This document shows positions 51,900 to 64,000 of a stretch of DNA of 64,000 bases, piece by piece (within the stretch, counting starts at the first letter, position 1; every line of letters starts with the position of its first letter). The DNA comes from Mobula hypostoma (Eukaryota): contig NC_086109.1 in assembly GCF_963921235.1 (NCBI RefSeq), forward strand, positions 18,168,001-18,232,000. Direction: 5' to 3'. A program made the position numbers and the translations under genes. Under the pieces are notes generated by a model. It did no database searches, had not been told where the DNA came from, and saw nothing but the letters and a program-made list of their open reading frames with translations.

Positions 51900-52170
51900 C
51901 CAATTTCCCATTTCAATGAAATTGGTTAGGAGATAAGTATTGGAAGAAGATTCCCAGTTAACTGAAGACTCGAGGTGAGGAAGACGTTACCTTCACCAAG
52001 ACAGGTGGAGCTTAACTTTGAGTCTCACCTGATAGCCACAACCTCCAAGGTAGAGAGTTGATTAATACTGCAATATGAGTTCATCATATATATCACTCTG
52101 TTCTTTGGAGTGGGATTTGACCCCTTTAACCTTTTAACTCAAAGGTGAGAATGCTACCAACTTAGCCACC
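51900..52170 (-). mobile_element. Old tRNA-headed SINE, DeuSINE/SacSINE1-like
   Basis: Minus-strand head ggtggctaagttggtagcattctcacctttgagttaaaagg...ggtcaaatcccactcca; family assignment from recalled consensus. Confidence 0.5.
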
Positions 52171-52570
52171 CTGCTGCATTTGCAGAAAGATGATGGTTGT
52201 CTCCAAGCAGAGCTTGGATCTGACCAGTGACAGCAGCTGAAGCCCTCTGATGGGTGAGTGTACAATTGTTTCCATAACATTCCAAGTATGAGTAAAGGTA
52301 GATTTCCCAGCCTACCCCACTTGGTCTTCCACAGTAATTCAGTGATCTTCAATCACCAGAACAATCAGATTGGATGCTAGGTATTGATATATTCACGGTA
52401 CCCTGCCTCAGCAGACACTGATAATTATTTGTAAACTATTTATGTCAGAGCAAGGTTCTGGGTGGTTTTTCATCTTGTCAGCATGTTCAGGATAATTAGT
52501 TCTGCTCAATAATTTATTGTGAAAGTATACAGGTGTCCCGACAAAACATTTCCATTCCAAAGGCGTAGAG

Positions 52571-52611
<41 letters not shown>
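52571..52611. repeat. (TC)n(AC)n compound microsatellite
   Basis: Direct reading. Confidence 0.95.
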
Positions 52612-53768
52612 GCTGGCATCATAGGAACCTATACATGATCCCCTGCCCCAGATCTACAGAGACACACACAGGTTTGTACAGATACAGATGAACAAAACAG
52701 GCACATTGAAGCAGGAGTTGGTCATTCAGCCCACGGGCCTGTTCTACCATTCAGTGAGATCACAGCCCCAACCCAACATCACTAACTCGACTTTTGTTTT
52801 GTCCTTTCACATTATTAATAATAAACATAATGCTTTTGGTAGCAAACATCTATCAAACTCAGATTTAATATTAATAACTGTGGTCCATGGAAGATTTTCA
52901 CATAGCTAAGTGACAAATTATTTTTAACTTTACTCCTGGAGTGCCTGACTCCAAGTCCTAGATTCTGCTTACTTGTCCTGGACACCCAGAAACTTCACCC
53001 TCATGAATAATATATGCTACACACAAGAAACCCTGACTGCAGAAGCACATATATTTAGATACAGTCAAATAAAACAGACACCTTGAAATAGTACAAGTGC
53101 TGCTCCCTAGTGGGTAATACTGATGGCTAATACGAGTGAAATAAATCAAAGATCCTAGCTTCATTTTCTATTCCAGGTCTCAAGAAACTAGTTAAACATG
53201 TTACAACATGAGTAACACCAGCAAAATAGAATGCTGCAAGGTTCTCTTATTCTGTGACATAGAAGGCACCTGTTCAGGCCATTGAGTCTAGGCTCAACCT
53301 TGGGTCAATCCCATTCCAAACCATTTTCCTTGCAACCTGTTTTCTCTCTCTTGTGCTGACTAGTGCTATCAAATTCCCCTGCCACTAACTTCCATCAAGA
53401 TTATTTTACAGAGGCCTATTAACCTACTATCCAACAAGTCTTTGGGATAGGAGAGGAATTCAGAGCACCCAGGATAAGGACAGGCAGTCAGCGGGAAATT
53501 GTTTAAAGTTTATTGCCATATGTTCAAATACACATATGTACAAGTGCAATGAAAATCTTACTTACAGCAGCTTCACGAGCACATAACATTAGATAAGCAG
53601 CACTCACAAGAAAAGCATAAATATAGTTCAAACATGTAAGTTCCTGATCAGCAGCACAAGAAGTGATCAGGGCTTTGCGGACAAGCAACAGTACTGGTTG
53701 ACATAACTAAACATAGCACTCAGTGCTGTACCAGTTATGTCTTGTTGAGTAAAGAACTGCTGTCTTGG

Positions 53769-53871
<103 letters not shown>

Positions 53872-54260
53872 GCTCTGGATTTTCATCTACTGCACATGCC
53901 CACAAGGGCCAGAGTAGCTCTATTACAGTTACCACCACAGGCTGGATAACAAAGGGACGGTAACGATGAACACCTCAATGCAACCTTTTGTTATAATGTT
54001 ACAAATTACATCACGACATTGTGTTCAGTCGGGAGTTGTTAATCATGATAAAAAATTGACAGACACTGTTGGACATTGGTTTCACAATCTGCTGAACCAA
54101 AATGCTAAGTTAATTTTAACTCACGTACGAACAGTGCCAATAGGTAATCCAGTTACTGTTCTGCTGTTGTTAGAATATCTATTTACTTCCAGAGTTGCAC
54201 AATCACTGAATCCCGCACCATCAACATCCTGGGTGTGGGTTAATAAGAAACTTGACAGAT

Positions 54261-54488
54261 TCAGCTACGTAAGTCTATTTCTTCTTCTCCTTCATCTCCT
54301 TCCCCTCCTCCTCCTCCTTCTTCCATCTTCTCATTCTCCTCTTTCTTCTTCTCCTTCTTCTTCTTCTTCTGAGGAAGATTTGTTTCCAGCTTTGTGGATT
54401 CTGAGGAGGCTGAGGAGGTCAATATGGGAAATGTATATTCCTCCAGTGAAGGGGCAGGAGGTGCCGGTGGGTCAAGTGGGGAAGCACC
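54261..54488 (-). CDS. Candidate terminal exon, GASPLDPPAPPAPSLEEYTFP...KKKKKEKKKEENEKMEEGGGGGEGDEGEEEIDLRS*
   Basis: Acceptor cctgtgtctcacag; phase-0 frame open for 75 codons while the other two frames stop early; Lys/Glu/Gly low-complexity tail. Confidence 0.45.
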   Translation of the reverse strand, partial: GASPLDPPAPPAPSLEEYTFPILTSSASSESTKLETNLPQKKKKKEKKKEENEKMEEGGGGGEGDEGEEEIDLRS

Positions 54489-57110
54489 CTGTGAGACACA
54501 GGCCTTCCATGCGATCCCCATACATGGAGACAAGGATCTCAATGCCATCCCAGATGTTCCTCCTCTACATTGAGTAGTCATGTGCCAGAGATTCCCAAGA
54601 AGGGCAGATGGAATTTAATCCATACACATATGGAGTGATCCCCTTTGGGAGGGTGAGTTAAACAGGACAATGACAACACCCTTAAAATTCGATGCACAGA
54701 TTGAATTGAGGTCCATGTCCCTACCTCCTTGAATGGAGCAACACAAGTAGATAAAATGGTAAAGAAAGTGTATGGCATGCTTGGCTACTTCAGTTGGGGC
54801 ACTGAGTATAAGAGACATAATGGCAGCTGTATAAAACTTTGCTTAGGCTGCATTTGGAGTATTGTGTTCATTTTTGCTCACCCCATTACGGGAAGGACAT
54901 GGAGGCTTTAGAGAGGGTGGCAAACGGGTTCAATCACTAACAAGAGAAAGCTAACAGATACTGGAAACATTGACTGTAGTCTTTTCTAGAACCGGGCTCC
55001 CCTCTGTCGATTCCATAGCGGGGAGCCTGGTTCCAGTGACTGCTGAGCGGCATCCACGTCTCTCTGCAGTTTCTCGTGCTCACTTTCAGAGCAGTTACCA
55101 TACCAAGCCATAATGCATCCAGACAGAATGCTTTCGATGGTACTTCAATAAACATTGGTAAAGGTGGATGGGTACATGCCAGGTTTAATTTGCCTCCTGG
55201 GCGAGTCGGGGTATGGGAAGTAGATGTAAGCTCTGTAAATATGTAGCCACATGAGCAGGTCGGAGGCTGAAAAGGACTACAACAAAAAGTGCTGGAAATA
55301 CTCAGCAGGTCAGGCAGCATCTGTGAAGCGAGAAACCATCAAAGTTTCAAGTCAGTGACCTTCCATCCGAACTTCATTAGGCAGTGATGACTGACTCACC
55401 TCATGATTCTTCAAGGGTCTTCTGTGATCTTCAAAGTATATGAGGAGTTGATAGTTAGCAGGATGATTGCATTCTCAGTGAATCTTACAGGTTTGGCACA
55501 CTATCAATCACCCTAACATTCATTCCCTCCACCACTAGTGCAGTGTGTACCATCTGCTGCAATTGCTCACTATGGCTACTTGGACATCATCTCACAAACC
55601 CACAGCCTCTACAAGGGCAGCAGAGGGAAAACCACCATTTGCAGGTCGTCCTCCAAATTACTCACCATTCTAATTTGGATTTATGTCACCCTCTTCTTGA
55701 TCACTGCTGGTTCTAAATCCCACATCTCACTAACCAACGCTATTGTGGGAACTCCTTCTCTGGAATAACTGCAAAGGTTCAAGAAGGCAACTCACTATCA
55801 CGAAAAAGGCTCCTGGAGAAGGGTCTCGGCCTGAAATGTCAACTATTTATTCATTTCCATAGGTGCTGCCTGGCCTACTGAATTCCTGCAGCATTTTGTG
55901 TGTGTTGCTTTGGATGTCCAGTGTCTGCAGACTTTCTCATGTTTCTAACGCACCATCATTTCCTCAAGATTAATTTGGTATTGGCCATGTCATATTCTCG
56001 CAGCTACTATTGGGTAGGAAACGCCTGAAGTCCTGCACCACCAGGTTCAATAACAGCTTCTTCTCTTTAACTGTTTGGTTCTTGAATCAACTGACACAAT
56101 CCTAAGCACCACAGTTTAGCAATACCTTAACTTTGCACTAAAATGGGCTTTGTTTTTTATTGTTCTAATTGTGTTCTTTCTTGTAAAAAATGTGTATAAT
56201 TTACACTTTTCTTGTGACTGCTGCTTATGTGAGGCTATGCGCCTCTGATGCTGCCAAAGGATGCTTCTCGTTGAACCAGTGCATGCATGTATTTGTGAAA
56301 ATGGCAGTGAACTCGACCTTGGTTTTGGCTTTGCCAGTGATGGCTAGATCTCAAAAACTGAATAATTAGCCAGAAAATCAAGGATACTGTACTCTCCATT
56401 GTCTGTCTGCTTGGTATTATTGTGACCTAATACTAGGGACGTTCAGCCACCTTTGTGCAGACGTCGTCGTCATTAGGTCGCATCTGGAATTTCCATTTGG
56501 CGGACAATTTCCCTCCACACCACTCTGACATATTAGGAAACCATATACTTGGCAGGTTACAGCAGTGGTTTGCCTTTGCCTTCTGCCGAGTGGGTTTAAA
56601 GAGATCACCACCTCTTGAAGTGGACGACCAGGACGTCTGAGTGCCTTGTTGTGATCTTAGCACTCCACAATGCCTGCTGGCCTGCCTTCTTGACCGTTGG
56701 ACCCTTAATCGGTCTCCTCCGCTCAGTCCGCCATGGCCAGACTTCACACGCTGGGATAGACAGATCCCCTACCTCACCGAGGGTCAAAGACCCGTCGGCT
56801 ACCCTCACCTGGTTTGGCCTGTCTGCCGAGACGGTTTACCGGGGTGTGGCCTCTGCGCGTGTTACAGCTACTTGGAGCCACAGCTGAGAGCTGAGCGTCT
56901 ACCCTGCAAAAGGGCACGGCAGGCACCCCCACCAGAGGTGCTAGACACCTTCTTCAAATAGCAAAACGGCCAGAGTGATTTTTAATGGTTTTGGCTTGGA
57001 TGTATTTGCCCAGTATTCTAGAGAGAATTAGTTAGAATGTTACTGTGGCAACTTACATTAACCTGGGAGGATATGTAGACTATCAATCTAAATTACCTGC
57101 TCATAGGCAC

Positions 57111-57181
57111 CTGGTTTAAAGGATCCACATTGGTTGCAGAAAGGCTTTCACAGAACACCACAAAGTCTGAGTGCCAGTGGA
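57111..57181 (-). CDS. Weak candidate exon, (I)HWHSDFVVFCESLSATNVDPLNQ
   Basis: Weak acceptor aacaatacag, donor CAG/gtgcct (alternative CAG/gtaatt at 57097); phase 1 to 0 bridges the flanking exons. Confidence 0.3.
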
Positions 57182-57326
57182 CTGTATTGTTCTTTTAGTG
57201 GTCAGGAGGAGATTTGACATGTTCAAATTGATAACGGCGTCAGAAGTGAAAATCGAGGGAACTTCAGGTTGATTACCAGAGGACATGGATTTACAACGAG
57301 TTCCATAAGAACAAAAGGCCACTTAC

Positions 57327-57466
57327 TCTGCAGTTTGTTATAATCTGAAATGTATTGCCTGAATTCATAGCATAGTGGTGTGATCCTGACCTCTGGCACT
57401 GCATGTGAGCAGTCTGAATGTGCTGGTGTTGATTCTATGTGCTGAATAATCTGACACAGTGCAATC
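57327..57466 (-). CDS. Candidate exon of unidentified gene, IALCQIIQHIESTPAHSDCSHAVPEVRITPLCYEFRQYISDYNKLQ
   Basis: Acceptor tttgtgtcttcag, donor gtaagt; only one of three frames is open and it is the one set by the preceding exon; unique non-repeat sequence. Confidence 0.55.
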
Positions 57467-57630
57467 CTGAAGACACAAACTCTCCAGCAGAGGGCATTCA
57501 AAATTAACAACAGGACAAACCTTTCTGCATTAAACTCTCTCTGCTCCTCGTGGGATTTGTGTAGATGGACAAAATGATGTTGGGCCAAGGGAGCCATTTT
57601 ATGCTGTGCAACTCTGTGAAATGTCCTCAC

Positions 57631-57674
57631 CCTTTAAAATACGACTGGTCCAACTTTCCTTGTTTGTGCTGTTC
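57631..57674 (-). CDS. Candidate exon of unidentified gene, EQHKQGKLDQSYFK(G)
   Basis: Minus-strand acceptor tttttctctcttatag, donor gtgagg; 44 bp, phase 0 to 2, joins the next exon in frame. Confidence 0.55.
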
Positions 57675-58694
57675 CTATAAGAGAGAAAAACTCAAGCAGA
57701 ACACTCATATCCTTTTCCTCATATTGATTAGCTTGGCTGCTTCGAATTTTGTGAGCTGGATGTTAGGGTTGTTTGCATCTTTATTTGGTAAGTCTGAAAA
57801 GTATCATCTGTTCCCATTATTAGCCCAAGATCTTGGCAAATTAATAGGAAACTAGGTTAAATTTTAAATGAGCAACACACACAAAATGCTGGTGGAATGC
57901 AGCAGGCCAGCATTTTGCGTGTGTTGCTTGAATTTCCAGCATCTGCAGATTTTCTTGTGTTTGCATTTTTAAATTTTATATGGCCAATTTTATAATCACA
58001 GTTTTAATAAGTCCTGATGAAGTGCCTTGGCTCAAATTGTTAACTGCTTATTCCCCTCCATAGATGCTTCCTAACCTGCTGAGTTCCTCTAGCACTTTGT
58101 ATGTGTTACTCTTTCTAGTTACATAATGGAATCCCGGTAAGAAAAGTGATCATGGCATAAGGCTCTCTCCAATGTCACTGTATACAAACACAAGATTCAT
58201 TTTCTTGTGGGTACACTCAGCAAAAACAGGACCAATGGAAAATCAACCAGCATGCAGAAGACAATGTAAATATAAATAAATAGCATTAAGTAACGAGAAC
58301 ATGAGATCATGAGATGTAGAGTCCTTAAAGTGAGATCACTGACTGAAGGAAGCATCACAATGATGAAGCAATTGGTTGTCATTATCCCCTTTTGTTCAAG
58401 AGCCTGATGGTTGAGGGGTAGTAACTGTTTTTGAACCTAGTGCTGTGAGTCCTGGGGCTCTTGTAAGTTCATCAACATAGTGCAAAGGGGGATAGTAATA
58501 GAAGGATTTAGAATACAGTGTTACAGCGCTGAGAAAGTGCAGTGCAGATGTATAAATAAGGAAAAAGGAAATCACGAGGCAAGAGTTCATCTTTTTTCAC
58601 AAGAAGTCTGTCTAAGAGTACTACAGTGGCAGGAGAGAAGCTAGCAGAGCATGTTTTCAGAATTTGGTTATTAGTGAAGGACTAGATCAAACAT

Positions 58695-59092
58695 CATCAT
58701 AATGTGCCATGTCTTATGACGTGGGCAATCAAAGTCTTCCCACTAACAGTTACTGTGATCGCCCTTGGCAAATTTTTCTACAGAAGTGGTTTGCCATTGA
58801 CTTCTTCTGGGCAGTGTCTTTATAGGATGGGTGACACCAGCCATTATCAATACTCTTCAGAGATTGTCTGCCTGGCATCAGTGGTCGCATAACCAGGACT
58901 TGCGATTATGCACCAGCTGCTCATACGACCATCCACCACCTGATCCCGTGTTTTCATGTGACACCGATCAAGGCGCTAAGCAAGTACTACACCTTGCCCA
59001 AGAGTGACCTGCCGGCTGGGGGTGGTGGGGGGGGGGATGGAGGGAGGGAGCGCCTCACACCTCCTTTGGTAGAGACGTTTCTCCACCCTTCC
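58695..59092 (-). mobile_element. RTE/BovB-related short element; related copies at ~20240-20560 and ~56430-56955
   Basis: Shared aagtggtttgccattg.cttct motif (reverse complement of a Bov-A-like agaag.caatggcaaaccac); 20240 and 58695 copies are colinear. Confidence 0.6.
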
Positions 59093-60577
59093 AGATCAGA
59101 TATACACAAATTATAAAGACAAACGGATGTTGAGATCTTTAATTTTCTTAATGATTATTTGTGGTAAGCTTTTGTTGTAACAATGATGTCCTATACATTA
59201 TTCTGTGTATGACACTGTTTGGTCCTGACATCAGTTTGAAAGCTCTGAGACCCCCCCCCCCAGATCCACCACCTGCCATAAAAGAATGTGAACTTAACTG
59301 ACATCATGGTACTGGTTCAGGTTAGAACGGAAGGCTTTCCTCTAAAGTCCATCTAATACCTGTCATTCTGTCAAGATTATCTTCCCATCATCATTTGTGA
59401 GACCATGAGACCATAAGACTAGAATTAGGCCATTTGGCCCATCAAGTCTGCTGCACCATTTCACGACTGCTGATTGATTTTCCCTCTCAGCCCCAGACTT
59501 TGCTGAATCTCCCATTACAGGAGGACTATACTTTCCAAGCACTTCATGAACTGCCCTGGAAGTTGCTAACTAAGTATATGCTTTTATTTCTTATGTTAAC
59601 AACATATTCTTGTGTTCGATGGTTAAAGTCCGTGACTAGTTTTGTTTATCTTCAATATTAGGTTAGTTCCTGGCATTGGACTTGAAAGAAAGTTTACATT
59701 TTCCTTCAAAGTTTTCACTTCTAAAGTAATTTGTTGTTCCCCTTGACTGCACTGTTTTTGCACGAGTCTTTTGTGCTGTTCAAAAAAATAAATCACTCAA
59801 CCTTTGTTTCTGCTCTGAAGGTAATCAGGTATGCTTGGTTCCACAGTAGGCAAATGAATCTGTCTGATTTCAGCTGATTCAACTCTGCTGCTGTTATTCT
59901 TTGTCTGACCTTAACTGAATTAAAAGTAGCAACATTGAGATCTGCATCTAACTAAAAACCTAGCCCAATGCCAAGAACTTTAGTGCCTTTGCTTACTTTG
60001 GTTAGACTCAGAGATTTGTGCTGCTATACAACACAGAAACAGATCCTTCGGTCCAATTCGTCCATCCAACCAAACTGCAAGGCTGTGGTATCTAATCTCA
60101 TTTGATCTATATCCTTCTAATCTTTTCCTATGCATTTACCTATCCAACTGTCTTTTAAATCTTCTCATTATAATTGCTTCAACCACTGCCTCTGGCAGCT
60201 GTTTCCCTATACCCACCACACTCTGATTGAAAAACTTGCCCCCCAGAGCCCCCTTAAATCTTTCCCTCCTCACCTCAAACCTGTGCCATTTAGTTTTAGA
60301 GTCTCCTACCCTGAGATAAAGACTTTCTAGCAGTGGTCCGTGGGCCTCTTAAAATTTTATAAACGCCCATGATGTCGACCCTCAGCCTCCTTCAGAACAG
60401 TAAAAACTGCCCTAACCTATCCAATCTCTCCTTAAAATCCTACCCTCCAGTCCAGGCAAAGTCCTTTTCTGTACTTTCTCTAGCCTAATCTCAACCTTCC
60501 CACTACACACCATGCTCCAAGTTCCGTGGTAAACATGAGTCAGGTCACACTAAGCTCATCCTCCAGCTCACACTCAC

Positions 60578-60720
60578 CTCTTGCAGAATAGCTGCTGTTA
60601 CACTGATCTTGCCCCGACGTGCAGCTCCTAACGTCCCCAGGTCTGACTGCGACAGCTACTCCAATAGGTGCTACAATCTAGGGCTCCATCCACAAACTCG
60701 AGCCCTTCTGCTGGCTCCTG
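60578..60720 (-). other. Exon-like segment, acceptor uncertain
   Basis: Strong donor GAG/gtgagt at 60577; every frame from the ttttggcag acceptor contains a stop. Confidence 0.22.
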
Positions 60721-62526
60721 CTGCCAAAATCCTTATCCAAGTGTCTCTGATGATCAGTGACATTTAGAAACAGTTTCGGCACGGACTAGAAGGGCTAAGA
60801 TGGCTTGTTTCCATGCTGTAATTGTTGTTAAAAATATTAAAATAATTAGAATGTAATACATAAAACACTACAGAACAGTACAGGTCCCTTGGCCCACAAT
60901 ATTGTGCCAGCCTTGTAAACTACTCTAAAATCAATCTATCCCTTCCCTTACACAGCTGTCCATTTTTCTATCATTCATATGCCTATCTAAGAGTTTCTTA
61001 AATGCCCCTAATATATCTGCCTCTACCTCCACCCCTGGCAAAGGGTTCCATGCACCAACCACTGCCTGAGTAAGAAAACTTACCTCTGGCACTCCCCCTA
61101 GACTTTCCTCCAATCACCTTAAAATTATGCCCCCCTCGTATTAACCCTTCCTGCCCCGGCTATCCATTTGATCTGTGCTCCTTATCATTTTGTATACCTC
61201 TATCAAGTAGCTTAAATAAAATTAATACAAAAATTGAAAAAATAATATATGCACTTTCAACTTATAAATTAATTTAATTACAATTAATCAAAGTAAAAAG
61301 CAAATAAGTGGGTTTCAATTAACTTGTTGGGGAAGGTGAGTGGCCCCATTCATTTCTGGACATTATCCTTCCTCTTTGCCTACTTTTGTGAAGTTCCAAC
61401 GAGTATCTGTGCTCCTTCAGATCTGCCCTGCTGACCATCCCATGATGTACCTGCTCAGGAAACGGGCCATGCCTGCTGCGCCATCTGTGGCTGGTATGAA
61501 GCCGAGGGTCTGGATGTGAAGGCATCCAGACCCTCGGCTCAGCTTCTTATGGGACCAAAGCCAGGTTCAGGGCTGAGCCCAGTGCACAGCAAGAGGCCGA
61601 GTACACTACCTTCTGACCTTCCGTCTGTTCCATGCTCCTGCGTGTAGCTGCTGCTCCGTAACATGTGCCACACACCAGGGCAGGCGGGTTCTTGCAAGCC
61701 TGTAGACCTGATCTGGCCCGATTATTTTTTTTCTTGGACAGATTGTCTTCTTTTGAACATTGGTTGTTTGCCAGTCGTCGTTTGTGTGAAGTTTTTCATT
61801 GATTCTATTATATTTCTTTGTTGTACTGTGAATGCTTGCAAAAGAGTGAATCTCAGGGTTATATATAGAGACAAACAGTGAATGTACTACAAGAATAAAT
61901 TTACTTTGAACTTTGACGTGCATTTGTAACGTGTGTTAAACTTAATCAAAAGGAGTCGAGAAACAAACTTCTGAAGGAAGTCAATGGACAGCCAACTTTC
62001 CTCCACTGATGCTGCCTAGTCCACAGGGTTCCCCAGCTTCTCGTTTTTTTTTTGCCTCAGGTTTCCTCTGTGTGAAGTCTCTTGTGTCTCCACAGTCAAA
62101 AGGACTATGAGTCATTACAGACATTTACACCACATGCTGCACCCATAAAGCCAACAGCATTGTGAAGGACTCCACGCACCCCTCACACAAACTCTTCTCC
62201 CTCCTGCCATCTGGCAAAAGGTACCGAAGCATTCAGGCTCTCACGACCAGACCGTGCGCCGAGCACTAGTCACAAAAGGAGGTGTTACCACAAGCTTGGA
62301 TAAGAGCTGGATTGAAAGGAGAGAGAAGGAGGGACACTGAAACAAACTGGTGTGGAGAGTGGATCGCAGACCCTTGGCTGACACGTTGACTTTCACTTTG
62401 ACTAATACGAATTGGCTAAAAGTACCTTTAATAAAAATTGTTCAGACGGTTTGCACCCAGAGTGATATATTGAATAGGACGTGCATCATTCCCCCCCCCC
62501 CCGAGGCCTCACCCAAGTTAATGCAC

Positions 62527-62605
62527 CTGCCAGTGTTTGACTGGGCACCATTCCAGAATGGCTTCAGCCCTTAAGGGCAGGCTTCCCATCGCAGTCAGAC
62601 AACAG
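62527..62605 (-). CDS. Candidate exon, CCLTAMGSLPLRAEAILEWCPVKHWQ
   Basis: Very strong acceptor cctcttcttcttctctcatttctccctgtgcag; donor CAG/gtgcat; phase 2 to 0. Confidence 0.35.
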
Positions 62606-62710
62606 CTGCACAGGGAGAAATGAGAGAAGAAGAAGAGGCAGGGAGAAAGCTCCAAGATTACCCAGCCAACACGGAAATAGACTGCAGGCTTGTTCCAGCG
62701 GGCAGCTTAC

Positions 62711-62754
62711 CCAGCAGAGCTACTGCCATGTAACAGCTCACTATCAGGTAACAG
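62711..62754 (-). CDS. Candidate exon, LLPDSELLHGSSSA(G)
   Basis: Donor gtaagc, moderate acceptor ccgcatcctag; phase 0 to 2, matches the 62527-62605 exon. Confidence 0.3.
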
Positions 62755-62865
62755 CTAGGATGCGGTACCCAAGGTCAACCCCGACAAATGGAGGGTCTCA
62801 CGCTGCAACACACCACCAAGCTACTTGAAGTCATTTTCCATCAGGGAGCAGCCTGATGTTCTCAC

Positions 62866-62954
62866 CAAGCTGAGAGACATCACTCTTCAGAAGACTCCTG
62901 TTCTCAGAGGACACAGTGATGTAAAGGATTACTGGAACTTGGTGTATTCATGTG
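62866..62954 (-). other. Exon-like segment with stops in all three frames (UTR, lncRNA or pseudo-exon)
   Basis: Acceptor ctattctttcctctgcag, donor gtgaga; best frame T*IHQVPVILYITVSSENRSLLKSDVSQL. Confidence 0.3.
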
Positions 62955-63011
62955 CTGCAGAGGAAAGAATAGTGAGGGATAATAACTCGAAAACAAGGAC
63001 ATGGATCAATG

Positions 63012-64000
63012 CACCCAAGATGCTGGAGGACCTCAGCAGGTCAGGCAGCAGCTGTGGAAATGAACGGACAGTTGACGTTTCAGGCCGAGACTCTTCTTCA
63101 GGACTGGAAAGGACGGGGAATGACCCCAGAATGAAAAGGTGGGGAGCAGGGAAGGAGGTTTAATTAGATGAAGCCAGGTGGGTGGGAAAGGTAAAGAAGG
63201 AATCTGATAGGAGAGGAGAGTGGACCATGGGAGAATGGGAAGAAGGAGGGGCACCAGTGGGAGGTGATAGGCAGGTGAGGAGAGGAAAGAGGCCAGCGTA
63301 AGGAATAGAAGAAGAAGGAAAGGGGCAGGAAGAAACGGAAGGAGAAATCAATATTCATGTCATCAGGTGGAAGGCTATCTAGATGAAATACGAGGTGCTG
63401 CTCCTTCACCCTGAGAGCAGCCTTATCATGGAAAAAGAGGAACTGATATGTCAGAACGTGAATGGGAATTAGAATTAAAATGGTTGGCCATTGAGAAATT
63501 CCACATTTGATCGATGGAGTGGTGGCACTTGCCAAAGTGTTCTCTCAATTTACTTCGGATCTCACCATTGTAGGGGAGGCCACATCAGGACCATAGGAAA
63601 TGACAACCCCAACATATTTGCAGGTGAAGTGTAGAGGTGGCTGCATCAGGAGCATCAGATACAATAGACTACCTCAACAGATCCGCAGGTAAGTATTGCC
63701 TCACCTGAAAGGACGCTTTGGGGCCCTGAATGGAGGTGAGGGGGGTGGTGAACGGGCAGGTGTAACCTACCTATTATTTTTAGTGATATGTGCCACTTGG
63801 GAGATTACTAGGGAAGGACAAAGGAATCACAGAGGGAACAATCCCTGTGGGAAGCGGAGAGTGAAAGGCGAGAAGGTAAAGATGAGTTTGGTGGTAGGAT
63901 CCTGTTGAAGATGGTGGAAGTTGTGAAGAATGATGTGTTGGATGTGGAGGCACATGACATGGTAGGACAAGAGGAACTCTATCACATTTAAGGTGGCAGG
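63012..64000 (-). mobile_element. Degraded Penelope-like element running off the window
   Basis: VKEQHLVFHLDSLPPDDMNIDFSF in ORF 63164-63535; same terminus and hammerhead motif. Confidence 0.82.
63069..63106 (-). ncRNA. Minimal type-I hammerhead ribozyme motif
   Basis: Minus strand CAGTC-CTGAAGA-AGAGTCTCGGCCT-GAAAC-GTC-AACTG. Confidence 0.62.

Noticed and set aside
53966..54577. 203-aa plus-strand ORF
   Set aside because: Largely the antisense shadow of a purine-rich low-complexity tract; no recognisable domain.
56430..56955. Possible HDV-like ribozyme in RTE-related elements
   Set aside because: I could not build a convincing nested double pseudoknot by eye; it would need a descriptor search.
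59521..59573. Plus-strand exon-like segment EDYTFQALHELPWKLLT
   Set aside because: Weak donor, adjacent to a CR1 tail, and no phase-compatible partner identified.
59997..60023. 27-bp minus-strand micro-exon (QHKSLSLTK) with good splice signals
   Set aside because: The acceptor lies in the tail of an adjacent CR1 fragment and there is no independent support.

Overview
Eukaryotic, repeat-rich vertebrate DNA. The repeat families (CR1 with esterase ORF1, Rex/Babar, Penelope, V-SINE/HE1-like, DeuSINE-like) suggest a cartilaginous fish; this is an inference. Positions 3081-23458 (+) hold the last six coding exons of a PCTAIRE kinase, most similar to CDK18. A convergent chain of exon-like segments on the minus strand (about 54.2-63 kb) has canonical splice signals; four of them join into one open frame of about 160 aa that I cannot assign to a family. 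Most of the rest is transposable elements, including two young near-full-length CR1 LINEs (30246-33735 and 40992-45367). The most notable signals are: (i) many minimal type-I hammerhead ribozyme motifs in Penelope termini, including a 79-bp ribozyme-only insertion with a 14-bp target-site duplication; (ii) a U_UUA_AAC slippery heptamer joining CR1 ORF1 to an AUG-less ORF2 in the -1 frame; (iii) a tandem 171-bp promoter-like monomer at the CR1 5' end; (iv) a Penelope-CR1 chimeric insertion. Most ORFs in the supplied track are spurious or TE-derived.
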